Origin: Candidatus Micrarchaeaceae archaeon
Lineage (GTDB): Archaea; Micrarchaeota; Micrarchaeia; Micrarchaeales; Micrarchaeaceae
DNA: 47,547 nucleotides
Direction of reading: 5' to 3'
Assembly (NCBI GenBank): GCA_027310535.1
Contig: DAIDAQ010000007.1
Coordinates: forward strand, 1 to 47,547
The first letter of the stretch is position 1. Every line of letters begins with the position of its first letter. Positions 18,781 to 28,085 of this stretch are shown here, piece by piece. A program made the translations under genes and the position numbers. The notes beneath the pieces were generated by a model. That model saw nothing but the letters and a program-made list of their open reading frames with translations, ran no database searches and was not told the DNA's origin.

Positions 18781-18965
18781 TGCTGAAAGGAGTCACAAAG
18801 GAAGAGGCGAAGAAGGAAAGCAAGGAAAAGATTCCACTCCCTCTGCCCTCCGTGCTCTGATCCTAGAATGCCGGTTTATTCCGCTTTTTTGGAAAATCAG
18901 GAAGATATTTAATTCTTTTCTGCACATTAGATAGAAATTGCCGCCCTTTCTCTTCAGGTGAAGCA

Positions 18966-19190
18966 TTGGTATCCAGCTACGACCTCGTGCCTAAACATGA
19001 GCTGCTTAGCGAGAGCGAAGCGAAAAAGGTAGCGAAGAAGTTCAACGTCCCTATAGATAAATTCCCAAGAATGCTTGCAACAGACCCACAGTCTGTGAAG
19101 CTGGGTGCAAAGCCGGGGCAGCTTATAGAAATAACGAGGAACGACGGCAACGGCAACTACAAATATTACCGGTATGTAACGAAAGGCTGA
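18966..19190 (+). CDS. rpoH: RNA polymerase subunit H (Rpo5)
   Basis: LVPKHELLS, FPRM..TDP, GAKPG, I.R, YYRYV. Confidence 0.95.
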   Translation: MVSSYDLVPKHELLSESEAKKVAKKFNVPIDKFPRMLATDPQSVKLGAKPGQLIEITRNDGNGNYKYYRYVTKG

Positions 19191-19229
19191 CTTATAAATC
19201 TGCGCAACCGCGCATGGCTTAGTGATAAT

Positions 19230-20717
19230 GTGAAAAACCACGAAGTGCTAGAGTCCTATCTCTCGACAGTCTCAATGGTGCAGCAGCAGATCGAAAGCTG
19301 CAACAGGTTCATACACACAGGGATAAACAGGATAGTTGAGAGCCAGAACATAATTGAGCCTGATGTCTCTGACTTCGCAATCAGGCTGAACAGCATAAGG
19401 CTTGAGCAGCCGAAGATCATAGAGTCAGACAGCTCAGTGAGAAGCTTCCTTCCACACGAGGCGCTCATGCGCAACCTCACATATGCCGCGCCTATGTACA
19501 TAACATACACGCCTGTCATCAGCGGCGTCGAAAAGACGATAAATATGGCAGAGGCCTATGTCGGGGAGATGCCAGTGATGGTGAAGAGCGACCTCTGCTA
19601 CACCAAGAACATGTCTTATGAACAGTTGCTCAGCAGCGGCGAGGACCCTGACGACCCTGGCGGTTACTTCATAATCAAGGGGACAGAGAGGGTGCTCGTG
19701 GGCATCGAGGATCTCGCCCCAAACAAGATAATCTGCACGAAGGAGAGCAGCGGAGACGTCACGGCAAAGGTCTTCTCTTCAACGCAGCTCAACTTTAGAG
19801 GAAGGTGCTCTGTGACGAGGGACGAGTATGGGGTATACACGCTGATGTTTCCCACACTGGCAAAGAGCCTTGACCTCGTGCTGGTGATGAGGGCCCTCGG
19901 GCTAACGTCAAACAAGATGCTCGAAGCCTTTACCGACAAAGACGGGAGGAACGACATGCTACTCAACATCGAGACCAGCAAGGCGAAGGATATATCGGTG
20001 CAGGACGCGATCGGAGAGCTTGGCAGGATGTCCGCGCCGAACCAGGCGAAGGTATACCAGGAGAAGAGGGCGGAGTTCCAGCTTGATTCGTATATACTGC
20101 CGCATCTAGGCATGAAGCCCGAGGACAGGCTTGAGAAGGCGCAGTACCTCGCAAGGATGGCTGAGCACGCATCGCTTGTTGCCTACAGAAAGGTAAAGCC
20201 GGACGACCGCGACAACTACGCAAACAAGCGCATAAACCTTGCAGGCGACCTGATGGAGGTGCTATTCAGCAGCGCGTTCAAGTTCTTCATCCGTGACGTC
20301 AAGTACCACATAGAGAGGACAACTGCCAGGGGGAGGAAGCTTACCGTCAGGACAAACATAAACCCGGACACCCTTACGGAGAAGATCCTGTACTCGATGG
20401 GAACCGGAGCGTGGCCTGCCGGGCAAACCGGTGTTTCGCAGGTCCTCGACAGGACAAACCTCTTCAGCTCCCTCTCCCACCTCAGGAGGGTAAAATCGCC
20501 GCTTACGAAAAAGCACTCGCACCTCAAGGCAAGGGATGTACATGGTAGCCATATCGGGAAGATATGCCCCTCTGAAACCCCTGAAGGACCTGAGGTGGGG
20601 CTTACGCGGTACCTTTCACTCATGGCGAAGGTCACCGTAGGTGCTGATGAGACCATGGCTGCTAAGAAGCTGAAGGAGATGATGCAGGAGGGCGGCGGGA
20701 AGCCGGTAAAAGGATGA
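19230..20717 (+). CDS. rpoB2: RNA polymerase subunit B'' (Rpo2 N-terminal part)
   Basis: P.EA..RNLTYAAP, GEMPVMVKS, DPGGYFIIKGTERV, NKRI.LAG, GVSQVLDR, CPSETPEG. Confidence 0.95.
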   Translation: MKNHEVLESYLSTVSMVQQQIESCNRFIHTGINRIVESQNIIEPDVSDFAIRLNSIRLEQPKIIESDSSVRSFLPHEALMRNLTYAAPMYITYTPVISGVEKTINMAEAYVGEMPVMVKSDLCYTKNMSYEQLLSSGEDPDDPGGYFIIKGTERVLVGIEDLAPNKIICTKESSGDVTAKVFSSTQLNFRGRCSVTRDEYGVYTLMFPTLAKSLDLVLVMRALGLTSNKMLEAFTDKDGRNDMLLNIETSKAKDISVQDAIGELGRMSAPNQAKVYQEKRAEFQLDSYILPHLGMKPEDRLEKAQYLARMAEHASLVAYRKVKPDDRDNYANKRINLAGDLMEVLFSSAFKFFIRDVKYHIERTTARGRKLTVRTNINPDTLTEKILYSMGTGAWPAGQTGVSQVLDRTNLFSSLSHLRRVKSPLTKKHSHLKARDVHGSHIGKICPSETPEGPEVGLTRYLSLMAKVTVGADETMAAKKLKEMMQEGGGKPVKG

Positions 20718-20727
20718 CGGTGTGTTC

Positions 20728-22551
20728 ATGGGAAATGAGATGTGCAATGTGTTCATAAACGGGAAGATGCTAGGCAGCGTGAGCAATGGCCCTGCCTTCG
20801 TCGCAGAGGTTAAGAAGGGCAGAAGGTCCGGCATCGTCTCCGGGGAGGTCAACATAGCATATATGAAGAAGCTGAACGAGGTGTACGTCTTTACAGACAG
20901 CGGTAGGGTCAGGAAGCCGTACATAATCGTTGAAAACGGGAAGAGCAAGCTGACCGGCGAGCTAAAGCAGAAGCTCGCCAGCAAGGAGATAGATTTCAAC
21001 TATCTTGTCAGGAGAGGCATCATCGAATACCTCGATGCTGAGGAGGAGGAAAATATCCTTTCTGCTGTTGACGAAGCCCAGGTAACAGGGAAGACCACAC
21101 ATCTGGAGATAGACCCTGCGTCGAACCTCAGCCTGATAATGAATTTGAACATCTTCCCTGAGTACAACAGCATAGGTAAGCACTCGTTGATGTCAAACTT
21201 CGTCAAGCAGGCCCAGGGTCTCTATGCGCTTAACTTCAGGAATAGATATGATGCAAGGGCATTCCTGCTCTTTTATCCCCAAGTCCCGCTGGTGAACAGC
21301 ATAACATACAGGCAGCTCAAGCTCGGGCGCCACGCCTCAGGCCAGAATTTCGTCGTCGCCCTTACGACATATTACGGGTACAACATGAAGGACGCGGTCG
21401 TGCTCAACAAGGCAGCAGTAGACAGGGGTCTGGGGCGCAGCCTATTCTACAGGTCGTATGCCGACGAGGAAAGGAGGTACCCGGGAGGGCAGCAGGACCA
21501 CTTTAGGATCCCGTCACCGACAGCAGACGGTTACAAGGGTGAGCACGCGTACGTGAAGCTCTCTGACGATGGGATCATCGAACCTGAGATGGAGATAGGG
21601 GAGGGCAACGTTCTTATAGGGAAAGTATCGCCACCGAGGTTCCTTGAGGAGCAGACGACCTTCGGCATAGCAGAGGAGAAGACAAGAGACAACTCGGTCA
21701 TTCTAAGGTCTGGCGAGGAAGGGATCGTAGACAGCGTCGCGATCAGCGAGACTACGGGTGCAACAAAGATCGTCAAGGTCCGCGTGCGCAGCATCAAGAT
21801 ACCGGAGAACGGGGACAAGTTTGCGAGCAGGCAGGCGCAAAAAGGTGTAGTAGGCCTAATTCTAAGGAACGAGGATATGCCGTTTTCTGGCGGGGGTATA
21901 GTTCCTGACCTGCTCCTAAACCCGCACAGCCTTCCTGGGAGGATGACGCTCGGGCACATGCTTGAGATGCTTACCGGCAAGGCAGTCTCGCTCGACGGTA
22001 GGATGGTAGACGGCACTCCTTTCTCCACAAACGGCACCGAGCTTATAGACGAATACGGTGCGGTGCTCGAGAAGAACGGGTTCGATAGGTTCGGGGACGA
22101 ATGGTTTTATGATGGGAGGACCGGCAAGAGGTTTGCTGCAAAGATCTTCACAGGTGTCGTTTATTACAACAAGCTTCATCAGATGGTTAGCCTGAAGCTC
22201 CAGGTCAGGGGGAGGGGGCCGATGCAGATCCTCACCCACCAGCCGACGGAGGGCAAGCCGAGGAAAGGAGGCCTCAAGTTCGGTGAGATGGAAAGGGACG
22301 CGCTCGTAGGCCACGGTGCCAGCCTGCTTTTGAAGGAGCGCATGCTTGACCAGAGCGACAAGACCACGATACTCGTCTGCAAGGACTGCGGCGACATCGG
22401 CTATCATGACAATATAAAGAATGCTAATGTATGCCTCACATGCGGGTCAAGCAGCTTGAAGGAGGTTGAGATAAGCTATGGGTTCAAGGTGCTGCTCGAC
22501 GAGATAAAGTCGCTGCACATACTCCCGAGAATAAGGCTGAAGAACGAGTGA
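20728..22551 (+). CDS. rpoB1: RNA polymerase subunit B' (Rpo2 C-terminal part)
   Basis: IEYLDAEEEEN, LIGKVSP, GDKFASR, PDLLLNPH..P.RMT, GGLKFGEMERD, C-terminal Zn ribbon; ATG 20728 (or GTG 20722). Confidence 0.95.
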   Translation: MGNEMCNVFINGKMLGSVSNGPAFVAEVKKGRRSGIVSGEVNIAYMKKLNEVYVFTDSGRVRKPYIIVENGKSKLTGELKQKLASKEIDFNYLVRRGIIEYLDAEEEENILSAVDEAQVTGKTTHLEIDPASNLSLIMNLNIFPEYNSIGKHSLMSNFVKQAQGLYALNFRNRYDARAFLLFYPQVPLVNSITYRQLKLGRHASGQNFVVALTTYYGYNMKDAVVLNKAAVDRGLGRSLFYRSYADEERRYPGGQQDHFRIPSPTADGYKGEHAYVKLSDDGIIEPEMEIGEGNVLIGKVSPPRFLEEQTTFGIAEEKTRDNSVILRSGEEGIVDSVAISETTGATKIVKVRVRSIKIPENGDKFASRQAQKGVVGLILRNEDMPFSGGGIVPDLLLNPHSLPGRMTLGHMLEMLTGKAVSLDGRMVDGTPFSTNGTELIDEYGAVLEKNGFDRFGDEWFYDGRTGKRFAAKIFTGVVYYNKLHQMVSLKLQVRGRGPMQILTHQPTEGKPRKGGLKFGEMERDALVGHGASLLLKERMLDQSDKTTILVCKDCGDIGYHDNIKNANVCLTCGSSSLKEVEISYGFKVLLDEIKSLHILPRIRLKNE

Positions 22552-25500
22552 GTGATGAGATGCAGGCCGAGATGATAGACCACATAAGGTTCACGGCGAT
22601 ATCGCCCGAGACCATAAAGAAGATGAGCGTCGCGAAGATCGTCGTCGCCGACACGTGCAACGACGATGGCTACCCTATAGACGGCGCACTGCTCGACCAG
22701 CGGATGGGCGTGATAGACCCCGGGCTGAAATGTAAGACCTGCGGCGGAAGGCCGAAGACCTGCCCAGGCCACTTCGGGCATATCGAGCTCGTCAGGCCCG
22801 TGATGCACCCTGAGTTTGCAAAGGGAGTATACCTATTGCTCAGCGCTACGTGCGAGAGCTGCCACCGCATCCTTCTCAACGAGAAGCAGATAGAGGAGCT
22901 CAAGCCCGATATAGAGCGCATAGTCTCTGAGGAGGAATCAGAGACTACAACCGAAGCGCAGGGCAAGAGCCTCAACACGATCAAGAGGTTGAAGACGGTG
23001 AAGAAGTGCCCGCACTGCAATGCAGTGCAGCACAAGCTGAAGTTCGAGCGCCCAACCTTCTTCTATATGGAGGGCAACAAGATGAAGCCGGACGAGATAC
23101 GCGACTGGATGTCCAAGATATCAAACGAAGACTTGGCGCTCCTGAGAATCGACGGTACTGCAACGAGGCCGGAGTGGTTCGTCGTCACGACCCTGCTGGT
23201 GCCCCCGGTGAACATTCGCCCGTCAATAACCCTGGAGTCCGGGGAGCGAAGTGAGGACGACCTCACGCACAAGCTTCTTGACATAATAAGGACGAACCAG
23301 AGGCTCGAGCAGGACATAGACGCAGGCGCGCCGCAGATAATCATCGACGACCTTTGGGAGCTGCTGCAGTATCAAGTAACTACATACTTCAACAACGAGA
23401 CACCGGGTGTGCCTGTCGCAAGGCACAGGTCCACGAGGCCGCTCAAGACCCTCGCACAGAGGCTGAAAGGCAAGGAAGGGAGGGTGAGGTACAACCTCTC
23501 AGGGAAGAGGGTCAACTTCTCGGCGAGGACGGTCATAACGCCTGACAACAACATAGACCTGAACGAGATCGGGGTGCCGAGAAGGATAGCGGAGAACCTT
23601 TCAGTGCCGTTCTATGTAACAAAATGGAACTTCGAGCCCGCAAAGCAGTTCCTGGCAAATACCTCGTATCCCCTTGTTACTAATCATATAAGCAAGGGTG
23701 GGATAAGGAAAAGGGTCACCGAGACGAACCGCGCGGAGCTGCTCGCTGCGCTGCAGCCAGGTGACATCCTCGAACGCCAGCTTGTCGACGGGGACATAGT
23801 TCTCTTCAACAGGCAGCCCACGCTGCATAGGGTCTCGATGATGGCGCACAGGGTGAGAGTGCTCGACGGCAAGACGTTCAGGATGCACCTCAGCGCATGC
23901 ATACCGTACAATGCAGACTTCGACGGGGACGAGATGAATCTTCACGTGCCGCAGACGATAGAAGCGCAGGCAGAGGCTGCATACCTGATGTCCGTGCAGA
24001 AGCTCCTTATATCCGCAAGGGACGGGATGCCGATCATGTTCTGCGAGGAGGACACGATTTCAGGACTCTACATGCTCACGAAGGACGGTGCATTCTTCAC
24101 AAAGGACGAGGCCGCGAGGATGCTCGCGTCTGTCGGAATTTTCGAGCTGCCGAAACCTACGAGGAGCGGTTATCTAGGCAGGGCGATATTCTCCATGATA
24201 CTGCCTGATGGCCTGAACCTTGAGGCAATGGTAAAGGGCAACAAGGTCGTCATAAAGAACGGCCAGCTCACTGAGGGGTACATAGGCTCCGGGTTTGTAG
24301 ACGGCAGGGGGCTGCTGCTGCTTGAGATATTCGACAAGTATGGATATGACGCAGCGCAGAGGTTCATCAACAACGCGACAAAGCTCTCGATGCGCTCCGT
24401 CTATATGTCAGGGGTGACGATCAGCCTGAAGGATTACTACAATACAGACGAGATGAAGAAGAGCAAGGAGAGAGTGATAGCAGAGGTCAAGGCGAACGTT
24501 GGCGCCATACTGAAGCGCTACAGGGGCAAGGCCATCGAGCCTCTGCCCGGTTACACGAGGAAGCAGACCTACGAGCTCGAAACGTTCACAACCCTCAATG
24601 TCGCAAGGGATATGGTTGACAAGGCACTGCGCGGCCAGCTGAGTATGCAGAACAACGCGATGCTTATGACTGCGATAAAATCACGAGGGACATCGCTTAA
24701 CCTCGTGCAGACGAGCATGTTCCTGGGCCAGCAGTCGGTTAGGGGAGAAAGGCCGTCGAGGGGCTACACAAGGAGAGTGCTCCCGTACTTCAGGAAGAAC
24801 GACCCTGACCCGCAGGCTCACGGGTTTGTTAAGTCGAGCTTCCTCAACGGGCTCGATTTCCTCGACTACTACATGCACGCAATGGGGGCAAGGGATTCCG
24901 CGGTAGGAAAGCCGCTCATGACCGCAGACAGCGGCTACCTGCAGCGCAGGCTCATCAACGCGATGCAGGATTTCTATGTCGAAAAGGACCTCTCAGTGAG
25001 GGACGCTAGCGGCGCGGTAGTGCAGACAATCTACGGGGGTGACGGGATTGACCCGATAAACGACTCCTTCGCAAACGGGAGGCGCGGTGATGAGCACCTC
25101 GTCGTGCCAGGAGAGGCCGTCGGAACGGTCGCGGCCCAGAGCCTCGGCGAACCGAGCACCCAGATGCTGCTTAAGACCTTCCACCAGGCTGGGGTCATAT
25201 CCACGATGACAGTGAGGGGGTTGCCAAGGATAAAGGAGCTCGTCGACGCCAGAAAAGTGCCCAAGATGCCGCTCATAGAGATACAGCTTGAAAAGGGTGC
25301 ATCGAAGAGCATAGAGAAGGCAAGTGCCATAAAGAAAAAGCTCGAAGAAGTAAAGGTGAGAAGGATGCTCTCCTCGTTTGATGAGGATTTCAAGAGTGAG
25401 ACGATGAAGCTCACGCTGAGCAGGGAGAGGCTTTCGCTCTACGAGCTTACAGAGCACGACGTGCTTAACAAACTGTCAAAGCACGAGGGGGTAAAGGTAA

Positions 25501-26132
25501 GCCTCTCGGACCACGTGATAAAGATAGAGCTCAGGAAGTCAAAGGAGGGTGCGAGGAGCGTAAAGGATGTGCGCATCAGGTTCGTCCACATAAGGAATCT
25601 TGCCATAAAGGGCGTGAAGGGCATCAGCAAGGTGAACATCGAGCAGGACAGCGACGGCGCATTCTACCTCATGGCACTGGGCAGCAACATCGAAGGCATA
25701 TTGGAGGTGCCCGGGGTAGACAGGGAGCGCGTTTACAGCAACAACCCGTTCGAGGTTGCGAGGGTCTTCGGCATAGAGGCCGCGAGGACGCTGGTGATGC
25801 GCGAGTTGCATGCCACGATCCGTGATGCCGACATCACGGTGAGCATGCGTCATATAGGTCTGATCGCCGACGCGATGACTTTCACGGGCGCGATCAAGAG
25901 CATCGGAAGGCACGGGATCGTAGGTGGCAAGAACTCGGTCTTTGCCCGCGCCGCCTACGAGGAGACCGTAAAGCACTTCACCAACGCATGCATATTCGCG
26001 GAGAAGGATGCACTCTCAGGCGTTGCGGAAAACATACTGATAGGCAAGCAGATAAATGTGGGGACTGGTTCTGTAAGGCTCGGGATAAAGAAGGAGTCGC
26101 TGAAGCTGTTGCAGCATGCGGATAGTGAGTAA
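22548..26132 (+). CDS. rpoA: RNA polymerase subunit A, fused A'+A'' (Rpo1)
   Basis: CKTC...CPGHFGHIEL, GKRVNFSARTVI, FNRQPTLH, NADFDGD, then in frame PGEAVG.VAAQSLGEP.TQM, GLPRIKEL, RAAYEET, GVAENILIG. Confidence 0.96.
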   Translation: MSDEMQAEMIDHIRFTAISPETIKKMSVAKIVVADTCNDDGYPIDGALLDQRMGVIDPGLKCKTCGGRPKTCPGHFGHIELVRPVMHPEFAKGVYLLLSATCESCHRILLNEKQIEELKPDIERIVSEEESETTTEAQGKSLNTIKRLKTVKKCPHCNAVQHKLKFERPTFFYMEGNKMKPDEIRDWMSKISNEDLALLRIDGTATRPEWFVVTTLLVPPVNIRPSITLESGERSEDDLTHKLLDIIRTNQRLEQDIDAGAPQIIIDDLWELLQYQVTTYFNNETPGVPVARHRSTRPLKTLAQRLKGKEGRVRYNLSGKRVNFSARTVITPDNNIDLNEIGVPRRIAENLSVPFYVTKWNFEPAKQFLANTSYPLVTNHISKGGIRKRVTETNRAELLAALQPGDILERQLVDGDIVLFNRQPTLHRVSMMAHRVRVLDGKTFRMHLSACIPYNADFDGDEMNLHVPQTIEAQAEAAYLMSVQKLLISARDGMPIMFCEEDTISGLYMLTKDGAFFTKDEAARMLASVGIFELPKPTRSGYLGRAIFSMILPDGLNLEAMVKGNKVVIKNGQLTEGYIGSGFVDGRGLLLLEIFDKYGYDAAQRFINNATKLSMRSVYMSGVTISLKDYYNTDEMKKSKERVIAEVKANVGAILKRYRGKAIEPLPGYTRKQTYELETFTTLNVARDMVDKALRGQLSMQNNAMLMTAIKSRGTSLNLVQTSMFLGQQSVRGERPSRGYTRRVLPYFRKNDPDPQAHGFVKSSFLNGLDFLDYYMHAMGARDSAVGKPLMTADSGYLQRRLINAMQDFYVEKDLSVRDASGAVVQTIYGGDGIDPINDSFANGRRGDEHLVVPGEAVGTVAAQSLGEPSTQMLLKTFHQAGVISTMTVRGLPRIKELVDARKVPKMPLIEIQLEKGASKSIEKASAIKKKLEEVKVRRMLSSFDEDFKSETMKLTLSRERLSLYELTEHDVLNKLSKHEGVKVSLSDHVIKIELRKSKEGARSVKDVRIRFVHIRNLAIKGVKGISKVNIEQDSDGAFYLMALGSNIEGILEVPGVDRERVYSNNPFEVARVFGIEAARTLVMRELHATIRDADITVSMRHIGLIADAMTFTGAIKSIGRHGIVGGKNSVFARAAYEETVKHFTNACIFAEKDALSGVAENILIGKQINVGTGSVRLGIKKESLKLLQHADSE

Positions 26133-26185
26133 AGCCTTATAAAGCATCACAGCCAAAATAGAGTGTCTGAATATCAGGTGCAGGA

Positions 26186-26413
26186 ATGTCGAACAACGAG
26201 CGTCCATTTGACCTTCTAAACAAGGCGGTCGGGCAGAAGGTGCTTGTCAGGCTGAAGAGCAACATGAACATACGGGGAAGGATGGCTTCCTTTGACGCGC
26301 ACATGAACATCGTGCTCGAGGAGGCAGAAGAGCTGGACGGGGGGGATACAAAGGCAAAGCTCGGCACGATCCTTTTAAGGGGTGGCAACATAATCTTCAT
26401 CTCGCCGGCCTGA
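26186..26413 (+). CDS. Sm-like archaeal protein (SmAP/Lsm)
   Basis: RPFDLL, G..VLVRLK, FDAHMNIVL, LLRGGNI. Confidence 0.93.
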   Translation: MSNNERPFDLLNKAVGQKVLVRLKSNMNIRGRMASFDAHMNIVLEEAEELDGGDTKAKLGTILLRGGNIIFISPA

Positions 26414-26417
26414 GCGC

Positions 26418-27097
26418 ATGGGCGCCCAAACAAGAGTTGTAGCTTCACTTCTGGCTGTTGCCGTAATAATGGTCATTACAATTACATTTTTGGTAGTCAA
26501 TCAGGCGCAACCACAAACCCAAATAACCTTGAATACATGGGATATGCCTACACAGTTAATAATTTGATCTTTGAACGTACAAATCTCAGCAATGGAGTAA
26601 GGCAAGTAACCTCCTAATCCGCTTATGCCAGTAGTTCAGGGCCATACGCTATTGGCGATTATACCTTCTACGCGCGGTATATATGTGCATGCTGCACAAC
26701 CGTAGTGACGAAGGCAACGGCATCTGACCCTCTCAACTATTCTGCAAGCCCAGGCGGCTCAGCAGTTCTCAATGGATCGCCTATATCGTTGACCTCCAAT
26801 TCAGGCAGCCTTCTGAAAGTTTCGCCGCTGGCGGTATCAAGCGATGGGAAGCATGCATATCTCGCTGCCGCCAATGGCGTCACTGTGATCGACACTTCGT
26901 CAATGTCCATCTTAGTTAGGGTAAACACTTTTTATTCGTTCCCATATGGCATAGGCTTATCACCTGCTGGACTATCTGTATTATACTGGCGGCTATTATA
27001 GAGGTTAAGGGCAATAGCCCGTGCCAACAGTACAGCAATAATCGCCACCATAAATGATACTGTGGTTTCGGTGCTCAATGTTTCTCCCTGCGGATAG
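26418..27097 (+). pseudogene. Degraded secreted YVTN/YncE-type beta-propeller surface protein
   Basis: Signal-peptide-like start MGAQTRVVASLLAVAVIMVITITFLVV then stops; fragment 26705-27001 has AVSSDGKHAY...VTVIDT...PYGIGLSP propeller repeats. Confidence 0.55.
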
Positions 27098-27163
27098 CGG
27101 CGCTAAAGCCCCAATGCAAAGTGTGTTAAAGTTTTATTTGCAAACCACTACTTATCATTTGTT

Positions 27164-27235
27164 GGGCTTGTAGCGTAACGGTAGCGCGCCTGCATGGCAT
27201 GCAGGAGGTTGCGGGTTCAAATCCCGCCAAGTCCA
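27164..27235 (+). tRNA. tRNA-Ala (GGC), intronless, CCA not encoded
   Basis: Acceptor GGGCTTG/CAAGTCC with G3:U70; anticodon stem CCTGC/GCAGG with loop ATGGCAT; T arm GCGGG-TTCAAAT-CCCGC. Confidence 0.96.
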
Positions 27236-27570
27236 AATTTTTCCAAGCAGAATATCTGCGGCAAGACCGTAAGCGGGTCTGGGTGCGATTACGGGAGGGA
27301 GCCGCAAGCTTCAAAACAGTTTGCGTGCGAATACGGCACGAAAACCGCATACAAAGAGTTAAAAGCAGAGTTAGATAGAACGCTGCCTCTTTTGCCGAAA
27401 CATTACTTGGTCGAAATCCGCATATCAGTAATATGCAGCAGTTCAGAAAGCGATTCCAGCGCAGCCGTATTCCAAAGTACGGCAGCTTGGACAAGGGCTT
27501 TACTGAACAAGAAATGGCCAAGTTCTTCAAGGTCATAGAGAATGAGAAGTTCAGGCTGTTATCCTCATAG
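27194..27570 (+). pseudogene. Tyrosine-integrase remnant adjoining/overlapping the tRNA 3' half
   Basis: ORF reads through the tRNA T arm (RVQIPPSP) to ~27430; shifted frame gives RKRFQRSRIPKYGSLDKGFTEQEMAKFFKVIENEKFRLLSS*, resembling the start of a tyrosine-recombinase catalytic domain; catalytic residues lost. Confidence 0.5.
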
Positions 27571-27641
27571 GCCCAATAGCTGGCGCAGCACTAAAGGCTT
27601 TTGCTACCACAGAGACGATTGTTATCCTATTCTGGGCTGCC

Positions 27642-28085
27642 TTGTTCGTATTCATGCTAATCTTCTACCTGCCTCTCGCTCTGCTTTCGTGGATTCTCAC
27701 TATAAGGAGGCACGGAAGCGACGAGGACGGAGTCGAGCTAGGCATGTCGTACGCCCACTACATCCAGCTCAGGCATGAGGTCGAGATGGAGGAATTGATG
27801 CTGAGAGGCGGTCGCGGCAGCGAGGCCGTATTGGTGGGCGAGAATCAAGACTACGCTCTTGACTACGCCAACGAGCCTAACCACATACTCTTATCGTGGG
27901 CGGCTCAGGTCCAGGCAAGACGGTAACGACAAAAGCCTTCATGACTAGGGCCGCGCTGAAGTACGGCCTGAAGCTTTTGATAATAGACTGGAACGGCGAA
28001 TACGAGAGCCCCGCCGATTCCATAGGCGCGACCACTTGGCACGTGCCTAAGGAGCTAAAGACCAATCCGTTCGCGCTGAGTGGCT
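27642..28085 (+). pseudogene. HerA/VirB4/TraG-like (DUF87-type) membrane ATPase remnant
   Basis: N-terminal TM; after a frameshift near 27885, HTLIVGGSGPGKT Walker A-like motif and LLIIDWNGEY, NPF; truncated by the IS. Confidence 0.65.

Noticed and set aside
19230..26132. Inteins in RNAP subunits
   Set aside because: No insertions, C/S...HN splice motifs or LAGLIDADG segments; subunits are normal or short in length
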